Shown: positions 10,130 to 19,124, numbered from the stretch's first letter. The stretch is 64,000 bases of DNA from an uncultured Phycisphaerales bacterium (GCA_963718665.1 OY970359.1:1504001-1568000), one strand, 5' to 3'. The notes: generated by a model from the sequence alone, not told the origin. Numbers and translations are program-made.

Positions 10130-12676
10130 TTATTTTGCGACGACGCCTTTTATGCCGCCGGAAACCAGGGCGGCGACGTTGGCCAGAATTCTGGGCAGCA
10201 TAAGCCCGCGGGGACAGGCAATATATTTCGGCTGCCAGACGGGAGCGAATTTGTCCTTGTATTCGTGCAGACCCTGGAAGTTATAGAAGTGTTCGCCGTG
10301 ACGGAATAAAAACGCCCCCGCCTGAGACCATAACGGAGCAAGCTGCCTGTCTTCAAGTCCTGAAAACGGCGCCATTCCGAAATTAAACCACTTATAGCCC
10401 TGCGATTTACCCCACAGCAGAAGTTCGGTAAACATATAATCCATAATTCCCTCCGGGCTGTCCGGCGAATATCGCATAAGGTCTATCGACAGTTCTTCTT
10501 TGTTTGCTCCCTGCCAGATATTGGCGAAGGCGAGGATTTTATTCTGCTGAGTAATTAATGCGGCAGGCATTTTCCTGATGTATCCCGGCTCAAACGAGCC
10601 GAGCGAAAATTTCTTTTCCCTTGTGTTTTTGCTTTCAAGCCAGGCGTCGGAAACACGTTTCATCTCGACGAGGACCGTCTCGACCTGTGCCGGCTCGATG
10701 ACAGAGAAAGTTAATCCGAGTTTTGTCATTTTGTTATACGCGTAGCGAAGGTCTCTGCGTTCGTGGCCTTCGAGCGAAAAATTGGGCAGCTCGACTCTGG
10801 CTTCCTCGCCGAATTTGAGGAACGTCAGACCCAGGTCGAGGTAAATATCGAGATGCTCGGTATCGACCTGGTAGAAGACGGGCCAGGCGTCATATTCGTC
10901 GCAGAGTTCGCGGAATTCCCAGGCAAGCTCTCTTGCATCGTCTTCCGGGCCTATAGGGTCGCCCATACATATCCAGCTTCTGCCCTGGACGCCGAACATC
11001 AAAAACGCGTCTTTGTTATCGTCCAGAAGAAATCTTTTGTCGCCGAGAAGCGCAAGCCACGCGTAAGTCCGCGGACTGTTCCGGACAATATTTTCAACGA
11101 TTTTAATTTCGGTATCGGGAGGCGGCAAAAAGACAGGTTTCGCTGGCACAAGCAGCCGGGCAAGACCAAACAGCAGAATAACAACAACGACGCCTGTGCT
11201 TGCCCGCAGGAATCGAGGGGCGTTGGCGTTGAACGCAAACTTCCACCATAGCTGGTCTGCATGCCCGAGATGCCTGTATGTGAAAAACCCGAGCCAGATG
11301 GAGCTTGCTGCTACGGCTACTACTAAAACCGCCCAGGGAAATGAAAATCTGTCCCGAAGCAGCGGTGTCTTGCGATAAAACCGGCTCTTACAGGGAATAA
11401 GAGCGGCGAGCATAACTGACAGGATTATCGCCTCTTCGTAATCAAACCCCTTTACCAGCGAGAATACGATACCCGCGGCGAACAGTATTACTGTAAGGTG
11501 ATACGCGGCATCCAGCCGGCGCTGCAGACCTCGTGCGAGTATAATCAGTCCCGCGCCGACGATGCTGCCGAGGAAATGCGACAATTCCACCGCCGACAGC
11601 GGCAGGATGTCTCGTATTATTTCCATACGACTGTTTTCTGCCGGCAGAGCGCCTGATACGAGCAGGATTGTGCCCGCGGCCATACTGCCGACGGCGAACA
11701 CCTGCGGTATGAGCATAGCGGCCCACTTGCCGATTGACTCCCCGAATCGTTTTAGCGTTTCTTTGCGCGCGGACATTTCTTCGAGGCCGAGAATAATTGA
11801 GGCAAGACCGAGCGGCAGGAGATAATAAATCACCCGGTACAAAAGCAGCGAACCGATTAAGGATGAAGCCGGCGCCACCTCGGAAAGCAACAGCAGCATT
11901 ACTCCTTCAAATACCCCTAAGCCGCCGGGAACCGAGCTGACAAGACCCGTAATCTGCGCCAGCAGGAAAATCTCGATAAATTCCGGGTAGTCCATCTGTA
12001 TGGTATTTGCCAGCAGAACATACAGGACGCTTCCGGCAACCGCCCAGTCGATTGAGGCCAGCGCAATCTGGCAAAGCGACAGGCCCGGTGACGGTATAGC
12101 CAGGTCCCAGTCGCGAATTATAACGGGCTTTTTTCGCAACACTGTTACAATGAGGTATGTCGCGAGCAGGATAAGAAATATGACGCCTATGGGCCAGGTT
12201 GTTTTAAATGGCAGGTGAGTGCCGTGTTCGATTGCCTGCGGGTGAAGCACGAAAGTAAACCCGCCCAGCGAGAAAAAGCCCAGCCAAAAGGTGATTGAGC
12301 AGAACAAAATCAGTCGTGCGACCTGGCCCGCCGAAAGACCCAGCCCTGAGTATATCCGGTAGCGGGCCGCGCTGCCGCCCAGTATTGTCGCGTTGTGGCT
12401 GAACACGTATCCGACGAATGACGCAACCGCTATTTTGCGGTAAGGCAGTCGATGCCCGATGTAGAAAAGCGCAAGAGTGTCGTAGCCGGTCAGAATAAAA
12501 TAGTCGAGGAACGTTAACGCGATTGCCGCGAGCACGTATCGTGCCGGCATATTCCTAAGCTCCGCCGCGATGTCGTGATAATGATACAGCCTGAGCTTGT
12601 GATGGATTATAACCGCCGCTATCCCGAACAGGATAACGCTCAACCACGGAGTTATATTGTGAAGGATTTTTCTCAT
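10130..12676 (-). CDS. mprF: Bifunctional aminoacyl-phosphatidylglycerol flippase/synthetase
   Basis: N-terminal multi-TM domain (VPGGLGVFE); C-terminal DUF2156 (GDPIG, SIDLMR, FNFGMAP, FYNFQGL..YKDKF.P.W). Confidence 0.95.
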   Translation of the reverse strand: MRKILHNITPWLSVILFGIAAVIIHHKLRLYHYHDIAAELRNMPARYVLAAIALTFLDYFILTGYDTLALFYIGHRLPYRKIAVASFVGYVFSHNATILGGSAARYRIYSGLGLSAGQVARLILFCSITFWLGFFSLGGFTFVLHPQAIEHGTHLPFKTTWPIGVIFLILLATYLIVTVLRKKPVIIRDWDLAIPSPGLSLCQIALASIDWAVAGSVLYVLLANTIQMDYPEFIEIFLLAQITGLVSSVPGGLGVFEGVMLLLLSEVAPASSLIGSLLLYRVIYYLLPLGLASIILGLEEMSARKETLKRFGESIGKWAAMLIPQVFAVGSMAAGTILLVSGALPAENSRMEIIRDILPLSAVELSHFLGSIVGAGLIILARGLQRRLDAAYHLTVILFAAGIVFSLVKGFDYEEAIILSVMLAALIPCKSRFYRKTPLLRDRFSFPWAVLVVAVAASSIWLGFFTYRHLGHADQLWWKFAFNANAPRFLRASTGVVVVILLFGLARLLVPAKPVFLPPPDTEIKIVENIVRNSPRTYAWLALLGDKRFLLDDNKDAFLMFGVQGRSWICMGDPIGPEDDARELAWEFRELCDEYDAWPVFYQVDTEHLDIYLDLGLTFLKFGEEARVELPNFSLEGHERRDLRYAYNKMTKLGLTFSVIEPAQVETVLVEMKRVSDAWLESKNTREKKFSLGSFEPGYIRKMPAALITQQNKILAFANIWQGANKEELSIDLMRYSPDSPEGIMDYMFTELLLWGKSQGYKWFNFGMAPFSGLEDRQLAPLWSQAGAFLFRHGEHFYNFQGLHEYKDKFAPVWQPKYIACPRGLMLPRILANVAALVSGGIKGVVAK

Positions 12677-12865
12677 AGCCGATTTGTTTTCATAGTATGG
12701 CCAATGCCGGGCAGTTTGTCAAAGTGTTTTGACGCCGGTTATCGCCGTTTTTATCCTGTCGCGATTCACCGTAAGGGTTTGCCTTAGCCGATTATAAGGG
12801 AATCCCTGATAAGTTTTTCAGGGCATTATGGCGATAAAAATTTTCATCAGGCAGACATTTTTTTG

Positions 12866-13059
12866 TTGCAATTGTTCTACGAACTGTTATATTAGAACAC
12901 ATCAGGGGTAACTTGACCTCAGGTAGTGGGGGGGTCAAGATTGTAGTATGAGTGAGATAGAACTCTGAAAAGATTATCCGCTGTATGCGGGTTTATACGA
13001 ACCACGGGCTGAGGTTAAATCCTCCTCTTCCTCCCTCCTGGCCTCAGCCCAGCTTTTTT
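12866..13059 (+). ncRNA. Candidate small RNA with its own promoter and intrinsic terminator
   Basis: TTGCAA-N16-TATATT, hairpins at 12912-12939 and 12976-12992, terminator stem 13006-13050 plus T6; no ORF. Confidence 0.5.
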
Positions 13060-13303
13060 CTCCAGGCCATCGGCTCAAATATCCTTTATATGCCATAAGT
13101 GTAGAGCTTGAAATTATATGCCGTTTTAGGATTTACATTTGTAAAGCATAATCGTAAGATATCTTCGCGCCCAAAGATGTGCAAAAATCTCTTGAAGCGG
13201 GGCGGTAATTATGATAAAATAGGTAATCGGCTCCCCCTGTGAGGCCGATAATATAGTGTTGGTTTGAAATGATTTATCGTTTTTGTTTTTGGGGTGTTAT
13301 TTT

Positions 13304-14368
13304 ATGAATAAGCAAAAGGGACACATTCTCCGTAGCTTGCCTGTCCTCCATAGCAGTAGCGACCTGTCCTCCGAAGCCCTTCAGGGGCGAAGGATGGAAG
13401 GAAGACCTGCCCATCGTAGCGTAAGCGAAGATGGGTTTACGTTGGTTGAGCTGCTGGTTGTAATATCAATTATCGCTTTGTTGATGGCGATATTGCTGCC
13501 GGCCCTGGCCCGCGCAAGGGAATTGGGTAAACGCGCCGTCTGTATGGACAATCTTAAACAATTGCAAATCGCCTGGTCTATGTATTGCGATAACAATAAT
13601 GAAAAGATTCCTGTCGGCGATGTATATTACTCCTGGACATTTCCTCCTGCAGGTAGTTATCCAAGTAACGAAGTTTCTCCCGTTCCTGCAGGGCCTCAAC
13701 TGGCTTGGACTGAGTATCCCCATCAGTATCCTCATACTATGCCGCCATCCTATGCCACTAATTATACTAACGCATTCGCAACTGCCGCTAATCCTGCTAC
13801 GAGCCAGCCGGTGGAGGTATGGCAGCACGCTATCGCTGAGGGAACGATGTGGAGATATGTAAATGACTATAAGGTCTATAAGTGTCCCGTCGGCGAAAAA
13901 GGCAATTATGTAACATACTATATGGCTCATAGATTGGCTACTTATCCTAACTCAGGCGGTACGACCGCTGTTGTAGAGCCGCAAGTCATACTTAGAAACC
14001 AGATTACGAGGACCGCCGAACAATTTATCTTTTTAGACGTTGGGAGTATGAAGGGCGGCGCATTTTTTATCCCTTACAGCTCTGGCGTAACTACTCCCGG
14101 CTTAATCTGGGGCGACCAGCCGCCCACCAGGCATGGTTTTGGAACGACCTTTATTTTTGCCGATGCACATGTTGAGTACCGTAAATGGACTGACCCGCAC
14201 ACTATTGAGGCCACAAAACACGGCTGGGGCGGGGAAACCCCCGCGAATTGGCCGGCAGGGATGGCTGCCGTTGATAACTCTGATTGCGATTTACGCTGGA
14301 TTTGCCATGCTACCTGGGGCAGCGTTTATTTTCCTAACCCAACTCCTACCAAGAAGTGCGAATATTGA
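13304..14368 (+). CDS. Prepilin-type N-terminal cleavage/methylation protein (planctomycete DUF1559-like)
   Basis: [30 protein letters not shown]...C..NLKQ; C-terminal RH...F.DAHV. Confidence 0.93.
   Translation: MNKQKGHILRSLPVLHSSSDLSSEALQGRRMEGRPAHRSVSEDGFTLVELLVVISIIALLMAILLPALARARELGKRAVCMDNLKQLQIAWSMYCDNNNEKIPVGDVYYSWTFPPAGSYPSNEVSPVPAGPQLAWTEYPHQYPHTMPPSYATNYTNAFATAANPATSQPVEVWQHAIAEGTMWRYVNDYKVYKCPVGEKGNYVTYYMAHRLATYPNSGGTTAVVEPQVILRNQITRTAEQFIFLDVGSMKGGAFFIPYSSGVTTPGLIWGDQPPTRHGFGTTFIFADAHVEYRKWTDPHTIEATKHGWGGETPANWPAGMAAVDNSDCDLRWICHATWGSVYFPNPTPTKKCEY
13322..13435 (+). repeat. Nested CCTG-led REP-like palindromes inserted in frame in the prepilin leader
   Basis: CCTG(T/C)CC units at 13340, 13363 and 13406; related free-standing unit near 18737. 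Confidence 0.75.
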
Positions 14369-14420
14369 GGTTGCCACAAAGCTACTAAAACACGAAGAAA
14401 TTTAAATATAGTAATTTGAA

Positions 14421-14457
14421 TAAAACCCCGATTGTTACGTCGGGGTTTTCTTTTTTC
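14421..14457 (+). terminator. Intrinsic terminator
   Basis: AAAACCCCGA-loop-TCGGGGTTTT followed by a T-run. Confidence 0.75.
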
Positions 14458-14539
14458 TACGGCAAACATATTTTTGTCCGCTTCGACAAAGGCGGGTGCA
14501 ATCAGCGGCAAAAACCGGCGGCGATGGGGACATTTAAAA

Positions 14540-14920
14540 GCGTCATAACCGCATTATTATTAAGTAGTTATCAATAAATGTCCTTTATTTATTAAGCCCT
14601 TTTTTGTGCTTTTTTTGTGCCTTTTCGTGGCCTTTTTTGACGTGTTTTTTCAGTCACGATTTTTATCGTAACCCCTTCAAATACAACAACTTAAATTCTG
14701 GATACAAACAGTCCTATAAAACAACTGTATCAAACAGTTGTATGATACAACTGTTCACCATTTTCGCGCAGGTCGAAAACCCTTAGATGTGAAAATTCTA
14801 AAATTTTTTTACTCCTTGCCCTATAAGGACTTATCGTTTTTAGGCATATCAGGAAATTCCTCGTTTTCGTCAAAACCGCGCAGTTTGCGCCATAGGGTAG
14901 AGGCATCTTGTGATGCTTCT
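14540..14920 (+). repeat. Conserved non-coding leader of HNH-AP2 element, copy 1
   Basis: Homologous to the reverse complement of 59886-60180; 14758-14788 is identical to 60029-60059. Confidence 0.9.
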
Positions 14921-15002
14921 TGAGGCATGTTTAGCCCTCGGATTTATCCGGGGGTCATAAATAACAACGAACCATGAACATTGAACGAAGGAGGATGAGA
15001 AA

Positions 15003-15617
15003 ATGGCAACGATTAACGTAACGATACCGAATTGGCTTGACCGTCTTTGCGTTTGGCCCGTGATGCTTTACCGCAAATACAAGTTTGGCTATTCCTATCG
15101 CAGGATTTACCTAAGCGAGGGCCTTTGGACTATTCTCGACCAGCAGGATTACTACTGCTTTGGCAGATTCAAATGGGAAATCAATGGCAACGATAATAAA
15201 TTCTATGCCGTTCGCAACGTAATGGCCGATTCTTCTCGAACCACTACTGTCCGGTTGCACAGGTTAATTATGAATGCCCCTAAGGGCTTTGTGGTTGACC
15301 ATATAAACGGCGATTCACTCGATAATCGAAGGGCCAATCTCCGCCTCGCTACACAGGCCCAGAATTTATATAACAGGAAGAAGAAAAAAAATACCTCCTC
15401 ACAGTTTATCGGCGTCTCTTTTAATAAATCGCATCGATATTGGGGGGCACAAATCAAAGTTAACGGCAAAGCCATCTGGCTTGGACGCTTCGACTCCGAA
15501 ATCGACGCCGCCAGTGCTTACGATGTCGCCGCCATTAAATACCGTGGAGAATTCGCACGACTCAATTTCCCAGGGGAAAAGTACATTAACGAAACTTGTC
15601 CGGCGAATGCCAAATAA
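15003..15617 (+). CDS. HNH endonuclease with C-terminal AP2 DNA-binding domain
   Basis: LHRLIM...[18 protein letters not shown] (HNH_3); SSQFIGVS...W.AQI...[17 protein letters not shown]...GEFARLNF (AP2); RBS GGAGG. Confidence 0.93.
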   Translation: MATINVTIPNWLDRLCVWPVMLYRKYKFGYSYRRIYLSEGLWTILDQQDYYCFGRFKWEINGNDNKFYAVRNVMADSSRTTTVRLHRLIMNAPKGFVVDHINGDSLDNRRANLRLATQAQNLYNRKKKKNTSSQFIGVSFNKSHRYWGAQIKVNGKAIWLGRFDSEIDAASAYDVAAIKYRGEFARLNFPGEKYINETCPANAK

Positions 15618-15678
15618 TAATTAAATTTAGCCCCCCGCCTCGCGCGGTGGGGGTTTGTTATGTAATCTTCCTTATTCG

Positions 15679-15762
15679 CCTGCTCGCCTTGCCTGTCCCG
15701 AGCGTACCTGCGGTGAGTGCAGCCGAACCAGTCGAGGGGTAGCGTAATCGAAGAAACGAGCC
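15679..15762 (+). repeat. Triple-nested CCTG-led REP-like palindromes
   Basis: CCTG at 15679, 15692 and 15707, each unit interrupting the previous one. Confidence 0.65.
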
Positions 15763-15911
15763 GTTTATCGGCTTTATTAACGAGTATTTCATTTTAAAAT
15801 CATTTTTTTAAATATTGGCCGTCAACATTCGATGTTCGACAGACGCCTCATTTACGTCTTTGTGTGTATGGCGGACAGAGGGATTTGTTAAGCCATGGAG
15901 AGGAAAGCAAT

Positions 15912-16464
15912 TAAAAAAGCCGTTAAACCACGAAGGAAAAATAATAAAATAGTGTTTTTGTATTAACTTCGTGCCCCTTCGCGCTCTTCGTGGTGAAAAG
16001 GAATTTTATGGAATTTGACGAATTATCAGGCAAAGTCATCGGCTGCGCGATTGAGGTTCATAAGAACCTGGGGCCCGGCTTGCTGGAATCTGCCTATGAA
16101 CGCTGCCTGTCATACGAATTGACCGCCGCAGGCCTGAGACATGAAGCACAAAAGGAACTGCCCATAGATTACAAAGGCCTCAAGCTTGATACTGGATACC
16201 GGATTGACCTGATTATTGAAAACGGCGTTATCGTCGAACTGAAGAGCATTGAAAAGGTGCTGCCTATTCACGAGGCACAGATTCTTACGTATATGAAGCT
16301 GGCCGGATTAAGCGTTGGTTTACTTATCAATTTCAATGTTATAAAACTCAAAGACGGAATTAAAAGATTTGTTTTGTAAAAGCATTAAACCACGAAGGAC
16401 ACAGAGAACCACGAAGATAAATTTCAAAAAACTTCGTGCCCCTTCGCGCTCTTCGTGGTGAAAA
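15912..16464 (+). repeat. Hairpin-forming direct repeats flanking the GxxExxY gene
   Basis: 35-bp identity 15965-15999 = 16430-16464; TTAAACCACGAAGGA precedes both. Confidence 0.92.
16008..16379 (+). CDS. GxxExxY protein (PD-(D/E)xK nuclease-like)
   Basis: LGPGLLESAYE, YRIDLII...IVELKS, HEAQILTY, GLLINF. Confidence 0.95.
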   Translation: MEFDELSGKVIGCAIEVHKNLGPGLLESAYERCLSYELTAAGLRHEAQKELPIDYKGLKLDTGYRIDLIIENGVIVELKSIEKVLPIHEAQILTYMKLAGLSVGLLINFNVIKLKDGIKRFVL

Positions 16465-16534
16465 TGAATTATTAAGCTTTTTGTGCTTTTTTGTGGCAAT
16501 AAACTTTATACACTCTTATCTTAAGGAGACGAAA

Positions 16535-18097
16535 ATGTTCACCGCACCTAAACCCACGCCAGCGCTCTGTCTGCAACAAACCATTATTCTTTCCATATTT
16601 TTACTTGTGGCGAACTTCGCTTCCGCCTACTCCGGCGGCGACGGCTCACCAAATAACCCTTACCAAATCGCCGATGTTAACGACCTACTCTATCTCGGCT
16701 CTGATGAACCCAACTACGATAAATTCTTCATCCTCACAGCAGATATCAACCTCGCCCCAAACCTGCCCGGCAGGCAGATTTTCAACAACGCCGTCATCGC
16801 ACCCGGTGATTATCCTTCCGGTTTTACTGGTTCTTTCGATGGCGCTTGCCATAAAATCAGCAACCTGACTATAAATGCTGATCCAAATATATATGGTTGT
16901 TTGGGCCTGTTTGGTGTTGTTGGTGGTAAGATAAATAACCTTGGCTTAGAAGATGTCAACATCATAGGGGGGAATGATTTGGGTAATGTCGGCGGATTGG
17001 TTGGAGGTAATGATAATGGAACCATTAGCAATTGCTATTCAAAGGGCAATATCTACGTCGGGATTACTGCACACAATGTCGGTGGATTGGTGGGGTCGAA
17101 TGGAGGTGACATCAACAATTGCTATTCAAAAGGGATTATTGCTGTTGCCGGTACCGAAAGCTATATATACCCCGGTGCGAGCAATTTCGGCGGGCTTGTG
17201 GGGGAAAATGTGAGCGAATATTTCATCACCGGTGCTATCAGTAATTCTTATTCATCCTGCGACGTCATTTGCGGGAAGAACGTGGGGAATATAGGCGGGT
17301 TGGTGGGGCTTAACGGCACCACATTCCCATTTTGCCAAGTCACTAACTGTTATTCAGCAGGAACTGTAAGCGTTGAAAATGGTAGTTCTATTGGTGGCTT
17401 GGTGGGGAGTAACTGGGCGGGCATAAATAGTTGCTTCTCGACAAGTAGCGTTATTGTTTTGGGGAGTTCGAGTTCTATAGGCGGATTGGTGGGAGATAGT
17501 AGTTGGGGTGATATCAATAACTGCTATTCGACAGGTGATGTCAATGGCGGGGATTATTCGTCTAAAATTGGCGGACTGGTGGGACTGGTTGGGATTAATT
17601 ACGGTAGCGTTATCACCAACTGCTACTCTACTGGCAATGTCAGTGGTGGGATTAATGACATCGGCGGATTGATAGGGGCAATCTATTTAGGCACAGTAAC
17701 TGCTTCTTTCTGGGATGTGAATACCAGCGGGTTGACATTTAGCGCTGGCGGAACAGGCAAAACAACAGCGGAAATGAAAACAGAAAGCACGTTTACCAAT
17801 GCCAGCTGGGATTTTGTCAATGAAACGGTCAACGGGACGGACGATATCTGGTCGATTAAAGAGGATGTCAATTATCCTGTGCTTGTTTGGCCGCTGGTTA
17901 ATCTTGTTATACCTTCCCAGTTTGGCTGGTATAAGGTGAACTTCATAGATTTTGCGGCTATGGCCAACTGGTGGAAACATAGGGATTGTGCGGTTAACAA
18001 TGACTGCGGCGGTGCGGACTTTGATTTTTCTGGAACAATTGACATGGCGGATTTGGAAATATTCTGCCGATATTGGCTTGCCGGAACAACCGATTAA
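16535..18097 (+). CDS. Secreted GLUG-repeat protein with dockerin-like C-terminus
   Basis: Signal peptide, YSGGDGS..NPYQI, repeated GGLVG.N...I.NCYS.G, DFDFSGTIDMADL...YWL; RBS AAGGAG. Confidence 0.9.
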   Translation: MFTAPKPTPALCLQQTIILSIFLLVANFASAYSGGDGSPNNPYQIADVNDLLYLGSDEPNYDKFFILTADINLAPNLPGRQIFNNAVIAPGDYPSGFTGSFDGACHKISNLTINADPNIYGCLGLFGVVGGKINNLGLEDVNIIGGNDLGNVGGLVGGNDNGTISNCYSKGNIYVGITAHNVGGLVGSNGGDINNCYSKGIIAVAGTESYIYPGASNFGGLVGENVSEYFITGAISNSYSSCDVICGKNVGNIGGLVGLNGTTFPFCQVTNCYSAGTVSVENGSSIGGLVGSNWAGINSCFSTSSVIVLGSSSSIGGLVGDSSWGDINNCYSTGDVNGGDYSSKIGGLVGLVGINYGSVITNCYSTGNVSGGINDIGGLIGAIYLGTVTASFWDVNTSGLTFSAGGTGKTTAEMKTESTFTNASWDFVNETVNGTDDIWSIKEDVNYPVLVWPLVNLVIPSQFGWYKVNFIDFAAMANWWKHRDCAVNNDCGGADFDFSGTIDMADLEIFCRYWLAGTTD

Positions 18098-18129
18098 ATG
18101 CCTGAAAAGAAAAGGCTCCGCGAAACTTT

Positions 18130-18176
18130 GCGTTAACCCTGTTAGATGGTGGCTTCGCCTATCTCATGGGGTTAAT
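18130..18176. repeat. REP-like hairpin; second copy at 59016-59063
   Basis: ACCC(T/C)GTTAGATGGTGGCTTC(G/A)CCTATCTCA(T/C)GGGG in both places. Confidence 0.88.
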
Positions 18177-18355
18177 CTGCGTCTAAAAAAATGAATTCTC
18201 TGTACTCTCTGTGGCTAATAAAAAAGGCAGAAACCGCACATAATGACCAGAAAAGAGTTGCGGTCTTATGTCGGCTTTGAGACAATATCAACTGGCATCA
18301 TGTCTTTAATACAGGCGTTCGAAACTAATCCTCGTTTAGGTTAAGGAGTAGAACA

Positions 18356-18499
18356 ATGGTCGAGCATACGAATCTGCTGTTAGTGGTTGTGCCCGAGTCC
18401 CTCCAGTTTCTTCACGGCGGATGGCTTATCGTTCATATTATTGGCATAGCTGTGGTCGGCTATTTGGGTTATAAACTTGGCCGAATGAAAGAAAGTTAA
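18356..18499 (+). CDS. Small 47-aa membrane protein (below the ORF-track cutoff)
   Basis: RBS TAAGGAG; MVEHTNLLLVVVPESLQFLHGGWLIVHIIGIAVVGYLGYKLGRMKES; hairpins follow. Confidence 0.6.
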   Translation: MVEHTNLLLVVVPESLQFLHGGWLIVHIIGIAVVGYLGYKLGRMKES

Positions 18500-18788
18500 T
18501 GCCAAATAAGACACCCCGAAGTAGGCCCGCCTACGGCGAGGTAAACTTCGGGGCTAACCAAGGGCAAAAAAATTGGCCGGCGACCCTCAAATCATCGCCG
18601 GCCAATAGCTTTTCCCCGAACCGGTGTGCTGTCAGAAAATGCCGCTCGGCACTTCTTATTTCGAATAAATTGTTCAGCCACAAAAATGCTCAAAAAGAAC
18701 AAAAGCTTTTAAAAACGAAACTCAATTAACCTTTTGCCTGCCCTGCGTAGCTTTAGCGAAGAAGGGCGTCTTTTCGCGGCCATAAGAG

Positions 18789-19124
18789 TTACGATTCGAT
18801 ACCTTCAAAGACGATGCCGACGCCAATCGATGCGTCGTCAAGCAATTCGCCTCGTTCGATTCGCACAACTCTTCCACTCTTTATCCGGGCGAAGCTGCCC
18901 TTTCTTTTGGCAAGGGCCATTGTGCGCGGAAAATTCAATTCGACAATGTGCCCGGTCCGCAGTGGCGTAGTTGCCGGAACTCGAACCAGCACACCGCCGC
19001 TGCTTATGTTGCTGCTTCTGCCATTAAAAAAGCTGTTTGCCTCGGGCAACCAGACACTTACCGGCCAGGCAACCTGTGTTCGTGTATTTTTCCTTTGTTC
19101 AGTCGCTACTGTCGCTTCACTCAT
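18789..19124 (-). CDS. Stand-alone PilZ-domain protein
   Basis: RKNTR (RxxxR) and NISSGG (N/DxSxxG) c-di-GMP motifs. Confidence 0.85.
   Translation of the reverse strand: MSEATVATEQRKNTRTQVAWPVSVWLPEANSFFNGRSSNISSGGVLVRVPATTPLRTGHIVELNFPRTMALAKRKGSFARIKSGRVVRIERGELLDDASIGVGIVFEGIES

Noticed and set aside
15003..15617. IscB/HEARO or group I intron-encoded endonuclease
   Set aside because: No RuvC or PLMP motifs, the protein is only ~200 aa HNH plus AP2, and no interrupted host gene is visible.
15912..16470. CRISPR array or integron attC interpretation of the 35-bp repeats
   Set aside because: Only two copies separated by a whole gene, no cas or intI in the window, and no RYYYAAC/GTTRRRY boxes at the stem ends.
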